Assembly (NCBI GenBank): GCA_021806615.1
Contig: JAJZRB010000006.1
Span: 1-57,196, forward strand
DNA from: a bacterium
GTDB taxonomy: Bacteria > Patescibacteriota > Patescibacteriia > Patescibacteriales > UBA12465
Length of the DNA: 57,196 nucleotides
Reading direction: 5' to 3'
This document shows, in pieces, positions 48,105-56,268 of this stretch. The translations under genes and the position numbers were made by a program. The notes under the pieces are model-generated. The model was not told the origin of the DNA and made no database searches. It saw nothing but the letters and a program-made list of their open reading frames with translations. Position 1 is the stretch's first letter. The number at the start of each line of letters is the position of its first letter.

Positions 48105-49994
48105 CTAAAAGCTATTGTTAGTAATTATGACCTCTTCTCCTTCTTGTAAATCCTTTTCTTCATAATGATGATCCGGCCGCTCCGTTTTGAGAGATGAGGA
48201 GGCGGGACGGCTCTTTATTTCTCTACCGCGAAAATCGCGCGGAGCAAGGTTAGGAATATCGTTCAAAGAAAGGCTCGGAGAAGAAGCGGCAGCCGGCTCC
48301 TGAGAATCAAGGGCGAATTTTTCCTTTTCCTGCTCTTTGGCTTCGCGGCGCGCTTCAACTTCTAGCCGTTTTTCCTCTTTTTTTTTACTTAGACATTCCC
48401 GGCAATAGACCGGACGGATGCCATCCGGCTTAAAAACGGTGGCCGTTTCTTTCCCGCAATTACTGCAAATAGCCGGATAACCGCTCTTGGAGTCTGTCTT
48501 AACGGGTTGCGAAAAAACGGCTGGCGTCGTCCGTTTGATTTGAGGAGCAGTGGAAACTGGAGGAGACGATTTCTGGCTAGCCGCGCCGACATTTTTAGGC
48601 GGCGAGGAAACGGCGGAAGCTTTTAAAATATTAGCCTTAGCTGAAGAAAAATCGCCATGCGGCACCCGATCATTCAAGATTATATTTTTCTTGCCCGCGG
48701 CCCCCTCCGGTTCACCGCCGTCATTATCGTGCCAGCTCATAATCTTTTCCTCCACCGAAGCGCGATCAGAGGCATACTTTTGACGAGAATATTCAATGAC
48801 TTTCTGAGTATTGCCGGTCTGCTCATCGTCGCGCAGAGGCGGCAAGCCGGCGGCCGAAAACGGAGAGGAGGCGATGCCGTCGATCATCAGCTTCAGATAC
48901 ATTTCATATTTCGGTAAATTGACCAGATCTTCCTCCGTAAAAGTCGGCGTAAACTCTTTGACTAGCTCTTCGGCGTCGGCCGCTCCGACACGGAAGACCA
49001 CCATAGTGCCGACATTGCCAAAAACGGCTGGTTTCACTTTCTCGCTCAACTGCTCGATATATTGATGGGCTAAGATCAGATTCAAACGATACTTACGCGC
49101 CTCTGATAAGATATTGGCGAAACTATCGGTAGAAAAATTCTGGAACTCATCAATATATAGATAGAAATCCCGGCGTTCGCGTTCCGGCACGTCTACGCGG
49201 CTCATGGCGGCTAATTGTATCTTAGTGATCATCATGGCTCCTAAAAGAGCGGAATTATCCTCGCCGATGCGCCCCTTGGACAGATTCATGATAAGAATCT
49301 TGCCATTATCCATGATATCGCGGATATCAATAGATGATTTGACTTGGCCGATGATGTTTCTCATCAAGGAATTAGACAGGAATTGGCCGACTTTATTCTG
49401 AATAGGAGATACGGCTTCAGCCGCGAACTTGTCAGCATAGCCAGAAAATTCTTTTTCCCAAAAAGCCTTAACGACCGGATCTTTGATATTAGAAACCACC
49501 CGCTTCCGATAATTCTTATCGGAAAGCATGCGGACAACGCCCAAGAGAGTTGATCCTGGAAAATCTAAGATAGCGAGGATGGCGTTACGCAGAATATACT
49601 CTAAGCGCGGCCCCCAAGAATCGGCCCATAGTTTTTGAAAAACCCCGATAAGTCCGGAAGCGACCAGATGCCGCAAGTGCGATTCAACCTGTTCTACGAC
49701 ATTGAAGGCTATAGGATAATTAATATCTGCCGGATTAAAATAGACGACGTCCTTAACCCGATTATCGGGGATATATTCGATGATTTTTTCGGCCAGATCG
49801 CCATGCGGATCCACGACAGCCACGCCGTGGCCGGCGCGGATATCATCCACTATCATATTCTCCAGAATAGTCGATTTACCCATGCCGGTTTTTCCAACCA
49901 AATACATATGGCGGCGACGGTCGTCGGTCTTGATGCCGAATCTTTTAGATTCGTTGCGATAGGTTGTCTGGGCAAAGACTGCGATATCCTTCAT
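48105..49994 (-). CDS. TraD/TraG/VirD4-like (type IV coupling protein-like) P-loop ATPase with a C-terminal zinc ribbon
   Basis: Walker A GKTGMGKST. The Walker B/coupling-protein C-domain pattern is FYLYIDEFQNF...ARKYRLNLILAHQYIEQL. No N-terminal TM helices are present. A long disordered linker precedes CSNCGKETATVFKPDGIRPVYCRECL (CxxC-x17-CxxC). Confidence 0.75.
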   Translation of the reverse strand: MKDIAVFAQTTYRNESKRFGIKTDDRRRHMYLVGKTGMGKSTILENMIVDDIRAGHGVAVVDPHGDLAEKIIEYIPDNRVKDVVYFNPADINYPIAFNVVEQVESHLRHLVASGLIGVFQKLWADSWGPRLEYILRNAILAILDFPGSTLLGVVRMLSDKNYRKRVVSNIKDPVVKAFWEKEFSGYADKFAAEAVSPIQNKVGQFLSNSLMRNIIGQVKSSIDIRDIMDNGKILIMNLSKGRIGEDNSALLGAMMITKIQLAAMSRVDVPERERRDFYLYIDEFQNFSTDSFANILSEARKYRLNLILAHQYIEQLSEKVKPAVFGNVGTMVVFRVGAADAEELVKEFTPTFTEEDLVNLPKYEMYLKLMIDGIASSPFSAAGLPPLRDDEQTGNTQKVIEYSRQKYASDRASVEEKIMSWHDNDGGEPEGAAGKKNIILNDRVPHGDFSSAKANILKASAVSSPPKNVGAASQKSSPPVSTAPQIKRTTPAVFSQPVKTDSKSGYPAICSNCGKETATVFKPDGIRPVYCRECLSKKKEEKRLEVEARREAKEQEKEKFALDSQEPAAASSPSLSLNDIPNLAPRDFRGREIKSRPASSSLKTERPDHHYEEKDLQEGEEVIITNNSF

Positions 49995-50011
49995 ACCTGT
50001 TTATTTAAAAA

Positions 50012-50737
50012 TTAACCGCGGACTTCACATAAACCAACATATTTTCGCCCGATGGCCGCAAAATCCTCCATATCTTTATTGTTATACGCAGCGCGAGACT
50101 GATAGCTGGCATTGACTAGGCCGGTATCTGATTTAAAGTTCTGTAAATACCACTTGCTAGCTCCTTTGATTATTTCTCCCATGCTAGCAAAATCTTTCCT
50201 GTCCAATAGTCCGGGAACAACCGTGGTCCTGAATTCATAAGGCAGGCCGCTAGTCATTATGATTTTAACACTTTTTTGCAAACTTTTACAGTTGACCGGA
50301 GCGCCGACCACCTCTTTATACTTATCTAGAGGCGCCTTTAAATCCATGGCGATATAATCGATTAATTTTTCTTTTATCAGCTGAGACAACATCTCAGGAT
50401 TAGTCCCATTAGTATCCAGTTTGACTAAATAACCTATTTTTTTTATTTTTTTGATAAAAGAAGGCAGGTCGGGGTGCAAAGTAGGCTCCCCGCCTGTAAT
50501 GACTACTCCTTCTAGTCGGCCGAATCTCTCTGATAAAAAAAGAAAAAGGTTTTTAGTGGAAAGCTGGGAAAAACCTTTTTCTTTTTTATTTTTTACGTCC
50601 TTCCCGACTTGGGGCAGGACAAGCATAGGGTTATAGCAGAAGTGGCAACGGAAATTACAACCTTGGGTGAAAATGATGGCCGCTAGATGATCGGGGTAGT
50701 CCAAAAGAGTCAATTTCTCTAAACCACCGATAATCAT
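50012..50737 (-). CDS. nrdG: Anaerobic ribonucleoside-triphosphate reductase activating protein (radical SAM)
   Basis: CNFRCHFCYN cluster motif, GVVITGGEP, and its position next to nrdD. Confidence 0.9.
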   Translation of the reverse strand: MIIGGLEKLTLLDYPDHLAAIIFTQGCNFRCHFCYNPMLVLPQVGKDVKNKKEKGFSQLSTKNLFLFLSERFGRLEGVVITGGEPTLHPDLPSFIKKIKKIGYLVKLDTNGTNPEMLSQLIKEKLIDYIAMDLKAPLDKYKEVVGAPVNCKSLQKSVKIIMTSGLPYEFRTTVVPGLLDRKDFASMGEIIKGASKWYLQNFKSDTGLVNASYQSRAAYNNKDMEDFAAIGRKYVGLCEVRG

Positions 50738-50748
50738 AGCCTTAAAAT

Positions 50749-50886
50749 TTACTCGCCGACCTTAAAAGTCTTGCGGTCTTTATACTCTGAGGCCTTGCCG
50801 GGATTGTAGTTCCTGACTGGCGTTAACCAGCCGACGACACGGCTGTAAACGATACATTCCTGTCTTTGCGTTTGTATGGGGCTCAT
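50749..50886 (-). CDS. Stand-alone 45-aa glycyl-radical segment of class III RNR (NrdD C-terminal motif as a separate ORF)
   Basis: Below the track cutoff. ATG at 50886 to TAA at 50749 encodes MSPIQTQRQECIVYSRVVGWLTPVRNYNPGKASEYKDRKTFKVGE. This matches the NrdD C-terminal pattern (V/I)YSR(V/I)xGY..PV..(W)N.GK..E..(D/E)RK. Confidence 0.65.
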   Translation of the reverse strand: MSPIQTQRQECIVYSRVVGWLTPVRNYNPGKASEYKDRKTFKVGE

Positions 50887-50965
50887 ATATATCTCTACGA
50901 TCCAAGTAACATACCGCGATATGTTGCCTGCAACGTGATTTAATTATAGATGATATTTATTTAAA

Positions 50966-53047
50966 TTACAAATTAGCGGCTTGGTTCTGGGCGGAGACTG
51001 TCTCGGAGATATTTTCCTGATAACCCAGTTCTTCGTCGCACTTCGGACAATATTTATGTTCGCCGGAAAGGTAGCCGTGCTTAGGACAGATAGAGAATGT
51101 CGGCGTGATGGTAAAATAGGGCAAGCGGTAATTCTCTACAATCTTCTTGACCAACTTCTTGGCGGTCTCGCCGTTAGGCAGCCTTTCACCTAAGTAGCCG
51201 TGTAAAACTGTGCCGCCCGTATACTTGATTTGCAGATCATCTTGTAAATCAAGCGCCGAAAAAATATCGTCCGAGAAACTGACATGTAAGTGAGAGGAAT
51301 TGGTGTAATAAGGGTCGGCCCCCTGTCTTTTAACGGATTCCGTATTAGCGCAGATAATACCGGGGTAAAGCTGCTGATCTTTCTTGGCGAAACGATAGGT
51401 CGTTCCTTCGGCCGGAGTCGCTTCTAAATTATAGAGGTTATTAGTCTCATTCTGGAAATCCATCAACTTTTCCCTCATGAAATCCAGGATTTCTCCGGCA
51501 AAAGCATGCCCCTCTGACGTAGAGATGTCTTTCCCCATCAAATTTAAGACAGCTTCATTCATGCCGTTGATGCCGATAGTTGAAAAATGGTTTTTCCAAT
51601 AAGATCCGAAGCGCTCTCTGATATTATCCAAATAAAACATGGAGTAAGGGTATAGGCGGTCATCAGTAAACTTCTCAATTATCTTACGCTTGATTTCTAA
51701 GCTTTCCTTAGCTAACTCCATCAATTTATTGACCCGCTCCTTGAATTCTTCCTTACTCTTGGATAAATATCCGATACGAGCTAAGTTGATAGTCACAACT
51801 CCCAAAGATCCGGTTAGAGGATTAGCTCCGAACAGGCCGCCACCACGTTTGCGCAACTCCCGATTATCTAATCGCAAGCGGCAGCACATGGAACGCGCGT
51901 CATCGCGCTTCATATCTGAATTCACAAAATTGGAAAAATAAGGAATACCATATTTAGCTGTCATTTCCCAGACCGGCTTCAAACATTCGCGGTTCCAATC
52001 AAAATCTTTATCAACATTATAAGTCGGTATCGGGAAACCGAAGACCCGGCCGGTAGAATCTCCGGCTAACATCACTTCGGCAAAAGCGGAATTGAACATG
52101 TCCATCTCAGCCTGGAAATCCTTATACTTCTCCGGCATGATTTCCCCGCCGATAATAGCATTCTCTTCGCCGATCATCGGGGACGGGGTAACGTCCAGCG
52201 TCACATTGGTAAATGGGGTTTGGAAGCCGACGCGAGTCGGTACATTTATATTAAACATGAATTCTTGCAAACCCTGTTTTACTTCCTTATAGGAAAGGTT
52301 ATCGTAACGGATAAAAGGAGCCAAATAGGTATCGAAATTAGCGAAAGCTTGCGCTCCGGCAGCTTCGCCCTGCATAGTATAGAAAAAATTTATGATCTGC
52401 CCCAAAGCGCTGCGGAAGTGCTTAGGCGGATTGCTTTGCACTTTCTCATTGACTCCTTTGAATCCTCGTATCAGAAGATCCTTCAGATCCCAGCCGCAAC
52501 AATAAGGGGCTAGCAAGCCTAAATCATGGATATGGAAATCGCCGTTAACGTGGGCCTGCCGGATATTTTCCGGATATAGTTTATTAAGCCAATAGCGAGC
52601 GGAAATGGAAGAGGCGATATAATTATTCAAACCCTGGACAGAAAAACTCATATTGCTATTCTCTTTCAAACGCCAATCTGCCTTGCCTAAATAATCCTCC
52701 ATCAATTTATTATCAGCAGTCGCGGTATTTATATCGCGCAATTGCCTATGCTGTTCCCGATAAAGGATATAGGCTTTAGCGATCTGGATAAGTTTATTCT
52801 CAATTAAAATCTCTTCCACGATATCTTGGACTTCTTCTACGGCCGGAATACTAGACTTATGAAATTTCTGATTCAAACGTAAAGAAATCTGACTGCTAAG
52901 CTTATTAGCGAGATGATGATCGTCAATGCCTGTCGCTAATGCGGCCTTATAAATCGCCTTGGTAATTTTATCCTGGTCAAAATCAACGATCTCCCCGGAT
53001 CTTTTTATCAGCTTGCTTATGGTCTCAGACATATTATTTCTTCTCAT
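50966..53047 (-). CDS. nrdD: Anaerobic (class III) ribonucleoside-triphosphate reductase large polypeptide, lacking the glycyl-radical tail
   Basis: N-terminal ATP-cone (LIKRSGEIVDFDQDKITKAI), the NrdD core, and C-terminal zinc-site residues ICPKHGYLSGEHKYCPKCD. An alternative ATG at 53032 (MSETISK) lies 1 nt after the nrdR stop. Confidence 0.92.
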   Translation of the reverse strand: MRRNNMSETISKLIKRSGEIVDFDQDKITKAIYKAALATGIDDHHLANKLSSQISLRLNQKFHKSSIPAVEEVQDIVEEILIENKLIQIAKAYILYREQHRQLRDINTATADNKLMEDYLGKADWRLKENSNMSFSVQGLNNYIASSISARYWLNKLYPENIRQAHVNGDFHIHDLGLLAPYCCGWDLKDLLIRGFKGVNEKVQSNPPKHFRSALGQIINFFYTMQGEAAGAQAFANFDTYLAPFIRYDNLSYKEVKQGLQEFMFNINVPTRVGFQTPFTNVTLDVTPSPMIGEENAIIGGEIMPEKYKDFQAEMDMFNSAFAEVMLAGDSTGRVFGFPIPTYNVDKDFDWNRECLKPVWEMTAKYGIPYFSNFVNSDMKRDDARSMCCRLRLDNRELRKRGGGLFGANPLTGSLGVVTINLARIGYLSKSKEEFKERVNKLMELAKESLEIKRKIIEKFTDDRLYPYSMFYLDNIRERFGSYWKNHFSTIGINGMNEAVLNLMGKDISTSEGHAFAGEILDFMREKLMDFQNETNNLYNLEATPAEGTTYRFAKKDQQLYPGIICANTESVKRQGADPYYTNSSHLHVSFSDDIFSALDLQDDLQIKYTGGTVLHGYLGERLPNGETAKKLVKKIVENYRLPYFTITPTFSICPKHGYLSGEHKYCPKCDEELGYQENISETVSAQNQAANL

Positions 53048-53492
53048 GGATTAATTTATTTAGCTCTTTTCTGAACTCATGGGCATCCTTGAAGGATTCA
53101 TAGACTGAGGCATAGCGGATATAAGCGACCGGATCGACTTTCTTAAGATTTTTCATAACCATTTGTCCGATCTGCCGGGAAGTAATTTCTGTCTTTTTCA
53201 AGCGCTGCAGATCCCTTTCAATCGAATGGATCAATTTTTTAAATCGGTCTTCGGTAATCGGACGCTTCTCGCAAGATTTCTTCAAGCCATTCACCATTTT
53301 CTCCCGGCTGTACGATTCGCGCCGTCCATCGCGCTTAACGATGACTAGATCCAGAAGCTCTATCTCCTCATAGGTGGAAAAACGAAAACCGCACTTCAAA
53401 CATTCGCGACGACGGCGTATTGATAAGCCGTCTGGCGCCACTCGGGAGTCAACGACCTTAGTATCAGGGAAATAGCAAATAGGACATTTCAT
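53034..53492 (-). CDS. nrdR: Transcriptional repressor NrdR
   Basis: Zinc ribbon MKCPICYFPDTKVVDSR...CLKCGFRFSTYE followed by an ATP-cone. Confidence 0.95.
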   Translation of the reverse strand: MKCPICYFPDTKVVDSRVAPDGLSIRRRRECLKCGFRFSTYEEIELLDLVIVKRDGRRESYSREKMVNGLKKSCEKRPITEDRFKKLIHSIERDLQRLKKTEITSRQIGQMVMKNLKKVDPVAYIRYASVYESFKDAHEFRKELNKLIHEKK

Positions 53493-53497
53493 AATAA

Positions 53498-53513
53498 ACC
53501 CTATATTTTGTGT
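53498..53513. promoter_or_regulatory. NrdR box 1
   Basis: ACCCTATATTTTGTGT matches 14 of 16 positions of the published NrdR-box consensus acaCwAtATaTwGtgt. It ends 5 nt from the nrdR ATG. Confidence 0.55.
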
Positions 53514-53529
53514 CTTTTATACCGTCAAA

Positions 53530-53545
53530 CCACTAAATGTTGTAT
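53530..53545. promoter_or_regulatory. NrdR box 2
   Basis: CCACTAAATGTTGTAT matches 12 of 16 positions. Its centre is 32 bp from the box 1 centre, which is the typical tandem spacing. Confidence 0.45.
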
Positions 53546-53622
53546 TACATCTATATTTTAACAAAATTTTATCTACGGGTCAATTCAGCTAATCTTAAAA
53601 AAAATATTAAAAAATTATCAAG

Positions 53623-53631
53623 TTATCCACA
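53623..53631 (+). promoter_or_regulatory. Perfect DnaA box TTATCCACA in the ftsZ/nrdR spacer
   Basis: An exact 9-mer consensus. Weaker box-like 9-mers lie at 53569-53577 (TTATCTACG) and 53615-53623 (TTATCAAGT). Confidence 0.35.
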
Positions 53632-53651
53632 GAATTTTAATAAAAAGATAA

Positions 53652-53681
53652 CAAAAATCCGCGCCACTGAATGGGCGCGGA
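53652..53681 (-). terminator. Rho-independent terminator after ftsZ
   Basis: An 8-bp GC stem TCCGCGCC/GGCGCGGA with an 8-nt loop, followed on the minus-strand RNA by UUUUUGU. Confidence 0.75.
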
Positions 53682-53706
53682 CTGCAAAAACTGCCTTTAG
53701 CCTATT

Positions 53707-54900
53707 TTAACCCATTTTTTTCCGAATAAACGCTGGAACGCTGAGATCGTCATCATCTTCTTTATTGCTTGGCTTCTCAGCTTTCTTTTCCAGAGCCGGC
53801 TTTACCGGAATATTCTTAAACACGGAAAATTTTCCTTTATTTTTGTCAACATTAGTATTAGACATTAGCTCTTTTTCATTCTCTTTTTCAACAATGAATG
53901 TATTCGGGGTGTAAGTCTTGGTTATTTCCCCTTTCTGGCTCTTGCCATGACCGTCAAAACCGGTTGCTACTACTGTAATCTTGATCTGGTCCTTCATCTT
54001 TTCATCGACTACAGCGCCAAAAATGATCTTGGCGTCATCGTCGGCGGCAGAGGTGATGACTTTAGCCGCCTCGCTCACCTCGGTCATACTCAGGTCCGGA
54101 CCGCCAGTAATAGTGAATACAATGCCGCGGGCGCCATCAATTGACATATCTAATAAATTAGAGTTGATTGCGTCCTTGGCGGCCTCTACGGCCTTATTTT
54201 CGCCACTAGCCTGTCCGATGCCCATCAAGGCTGATCCGGCATTAGACATAACCGCTTTGACATCGGCAAAATCAGCGTTAATAATGCCGGGGACGGTTAT
54301 AATTTCAGCGATTCCCTGCACGCCCTGCCGCAAGACGTCATCGGCAATCTTAAAGGCGTCTAATAAGGAGGTCCTTTTATCAATAACCTGTAATAATTTA
54401 TCATTAGAAATAGTAATGATAGTATCAACCTTATCGGCTAACTCTGAAAAGGCTCGATCGGCGATATTCTTCCGCTGTCCGCCCTCGAACATGAACGGTT
54501 TGGTGACAACAGCCACTGTCAGGGCCCCCAAATCTTTAGCGATCTGAGCGACTATCGGCGAAGCGCCAGAACCGGTCCCGCCTCCTAAGCCGCAGGTAAC
54601 GAAAACCATGTCGCAGTCTTTTAACACCTCTCTAATTTCGTTCTGCGACTCCTCGGCCGCGTTCTTGCCTAAATCAGGGTTCATACCGGCGCCCAAGCCC
54701 CTTGTCACCGTCTTACCGATATGTATCTTTTCTGTAGCCTTATTATAGTGCAAAGCTTGGACATCAGTATTTATCGCGACGAAACCGACGCCTTTTATGC
54801 CGCCAGAAACCATGCGATTAATGGCGCTTCCGCCGCCGCCGCCGACACCGACTACTTTTATCTTTGCAAAAGTTTCAATTTCCGGTTTTACTTCCGCCAT
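53707..54900 (-). CDS. ftsZ: Cell division GTPase FtsZ
   Basis: GVGGGGGSAINRM, the tubulin signature GGGTGSGA, and the C-terminal peptide DDLSVPAFIRKK. Confidence 0.98.
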   Translation of the reverse strand: MAEVKPEIETFAKIKVVGVGGGGGSAINRMVSGGIKGVGFVAINTDVQALHYNKATEKIHIGKTVTRGLGAGMNPDLGKNAAEESQNEIREVLKDCDMVFVTCGLGGGTGSGASPIVAQIAKDLGALTVAVVTKPFMFEGGQRKNIADRAFSELADKVDTIITISNDKLLQVIDKRTSLLDAFKIADDVLRQGVQGIAEIITVPGIINADFADVKAVMSNAGSALMGIGQASGENKAVEAAKDAINSNLLDMSIDGARGIVFTITGGPDLSMTEVSEAAKVITSAADDDAKIIFGAVVDEKMKDQIKITVVATGFDGHGKSQKGEITKTYTPNTFIVEKENEKELMSNTNVDKNKGKFSVFKNIPVKPALEKKAEKPSNKEDDDDLSVPAFIRKKMG

Positions 54901-54922
54901 AAAATTATCTTGAATTAATTAT

Positions 54923-56182
54923 TTACTTAGGCATTATCTTGTTCCAGAGTCCTTTAGTCTTTTCTAGCAGCCCTCCGAGGCTCCGCTTAAATGAATTATC
55001 CCCTAAGTTTTCGCCATCGGTATGGCTCCCCCAGATAACAAGGCCGAGCGCTGTCAAGAATTCGGGATTTTTAACCTTATCGATAATTACGTTGATATTC
55101 TTAGCGACGCCTAAAGCCGCTGGCAAGCGTAATTTTTTCTTAGAGGCTTCTACTAGCCCGTCCAACTCTGCGCCGCCGCCGACAAAAATAACTCCGGCCG
55201 GCAACATACCGGAACGATCTATCTTTCTGAACTCATTATCAACCTTATCAAAGATCTCTTCTACGCGCGCGTTGATAATCTCTGCTAGATACTTACGCGA
55301 AATGACATTAATATCATCATTGACTTCTTCTTCTTTGACTAATTGGCTGACATCAACTTCGTCTTTCTTATCCACTTCCTCGACGGAGGCTGTGCCATAT
55401 TCACGCTTGATCCGTTCTGCCAAGTTAATCGGACAGCGCAAGCCGATAGCGACATCAGAGGTGATATGTTCAGCGCCAATCGGCAAAATAGCCGTATGAA
55501 TAAGATTCCGCTCTTCATAGACCGCGAGCGAAGTCGTAGATGATCCTAAGTTTATCAAAGCCACTCCTAATTCTTTCTGTTTAGTACTCAAGACAGCTTC
55601 AGCGGCCGCAAGCGGCGCGATTACCAGGTCTTCTATTTCCAGCCCCGTCCGATAAATGGCTTTAGTCAGATTCTTGATCTGGGTGCTAAGCCCCTGGACG
55701 ATCAAAGTCTCTACTTCTAAACGGATGCCGTTCATGCCGATAGGGTCTTTCACGTCTCCTTGATTGTCAACGCTGAACTTGATCGGAATAACATGGAGGA
55801 TCTCATAATTGACTGGCACGGCCAAGGCGCGAGCCGCTTCTATAGCTCGATTGACATCATTCTCATTTATTTCTCCATCGCTGCGTCCGACCGCCACCAC
55901 GCCCTTAGAGCGCTCACATTTGATATAGGGGTCATTAATGCTCACCCAAACACGAGCAATCGGCACACCTACTAAGCGCTCCGCTTTTTCTAAGACGGCG
56001 GAAATGGAAGAGGTGGTTTCTTCTATGCTATTTACGATGCCGCGGCTCACGCCAGCGGTCGCTCCAGAAACAGCGCCGATTATTTGCAGTTCGTCGCCTG
56101 CCGGACCGGTAATTTTTTGACCGATAACTAGGCGAATAGAGGTGGAGCCAATATCCAGGCCAGCGATAACATTATCTTTCAT
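54923..56182 (-). CDS. ftsA: Cell division protein FtsA (actin-like ATPase)
   Basis: GLDIGSTSIRLVIG, VGGGAELDG, and its position immediately upstream of ftsZ. Confidence 0.95.
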   Translation of the reverse strand: MKDNVIAGLDIGSTSIRLVIGQKITGPAGDELQIIGAVSGATAGVSRGIVNSIEETTSSISAVLEKAERLVGVPIARVWVSINDPYIKCERSKGVVAVGRSDGEINENDVNRAIEAARALAVPVNYEILHVIPIKFSVDNQGDVKDPIGMNGIRLEVETLIVQGLSTQIKNLTKAIYRTGLEIEDLVIAPLAAAEAVLSTKQKELGVALINLGSSTTSLAVYEERNLIHTAILPIGAEHITSDVAIGLRCPINLAERIKREYGTASVEEVDKKDEVDVSQLVKEEEVNDDINVISRKYLAEIINARVEEIFDKVDNEFRKIDRSGMLPAGVIFVGGGAELDGLVEASKKKLRLPAALGVAKNINVIIDKVKNPEFLTALGLVIWGSHTDGENLGDNSFKRSLGGLLEKTKGLWNKIMPK

Positions 56183-56217
56183 AAGATAAATTTAGATTAG
56201 AAATAATTGCTGTTAAT

Positions 56218-56246
56218 ATTATACAAAATTTATAAAAATTAAACAA
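56218..56246 (-). promoter_or_regulatory. Sigma70-type promoter of ftsA-ftsZ
   Basis: On the minus strand: TTGTTT (56241-56246), a 17 nt spacer ending in TG, then TATAAT (56218-56223). Confidence 0.5.
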
Positions 56247-56268
56247 TTCCTGCCTAGGTAGAAAGGGC

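Noticed and set aside
50887-50965. Intron or intein interrupting nrdD (by analogy with the phage T4 nrdD intron)
   Set aside because: The interruption is only 79 nt between the ORFs, about 140 nt including the non-conserved tails. That is far below group I/II intron or intein sizes, and I saw no intron core elements. Split gene versus indel remain the live options.
53493-53706. Chromosomal replication origin in the AT-rich ftsZ/nrdR spacer
   Set aside because: It has only one exact DnaA box and two weak ones, no dnaA/dnaN context and no AT-rich 13-mer-like repeats. The sequence is better explained as the nrdR promoter/operator plus the ftsZ terminator.
53981-55499. Long plus-strand ORFs (188 and 186 aa) opposite ftsZ and ftsA
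   Set aside because: They are shadow ORFs of two very confidently identified genes. Their Ser/Thr/Ala/Leu-rich sequences have no domain signature.
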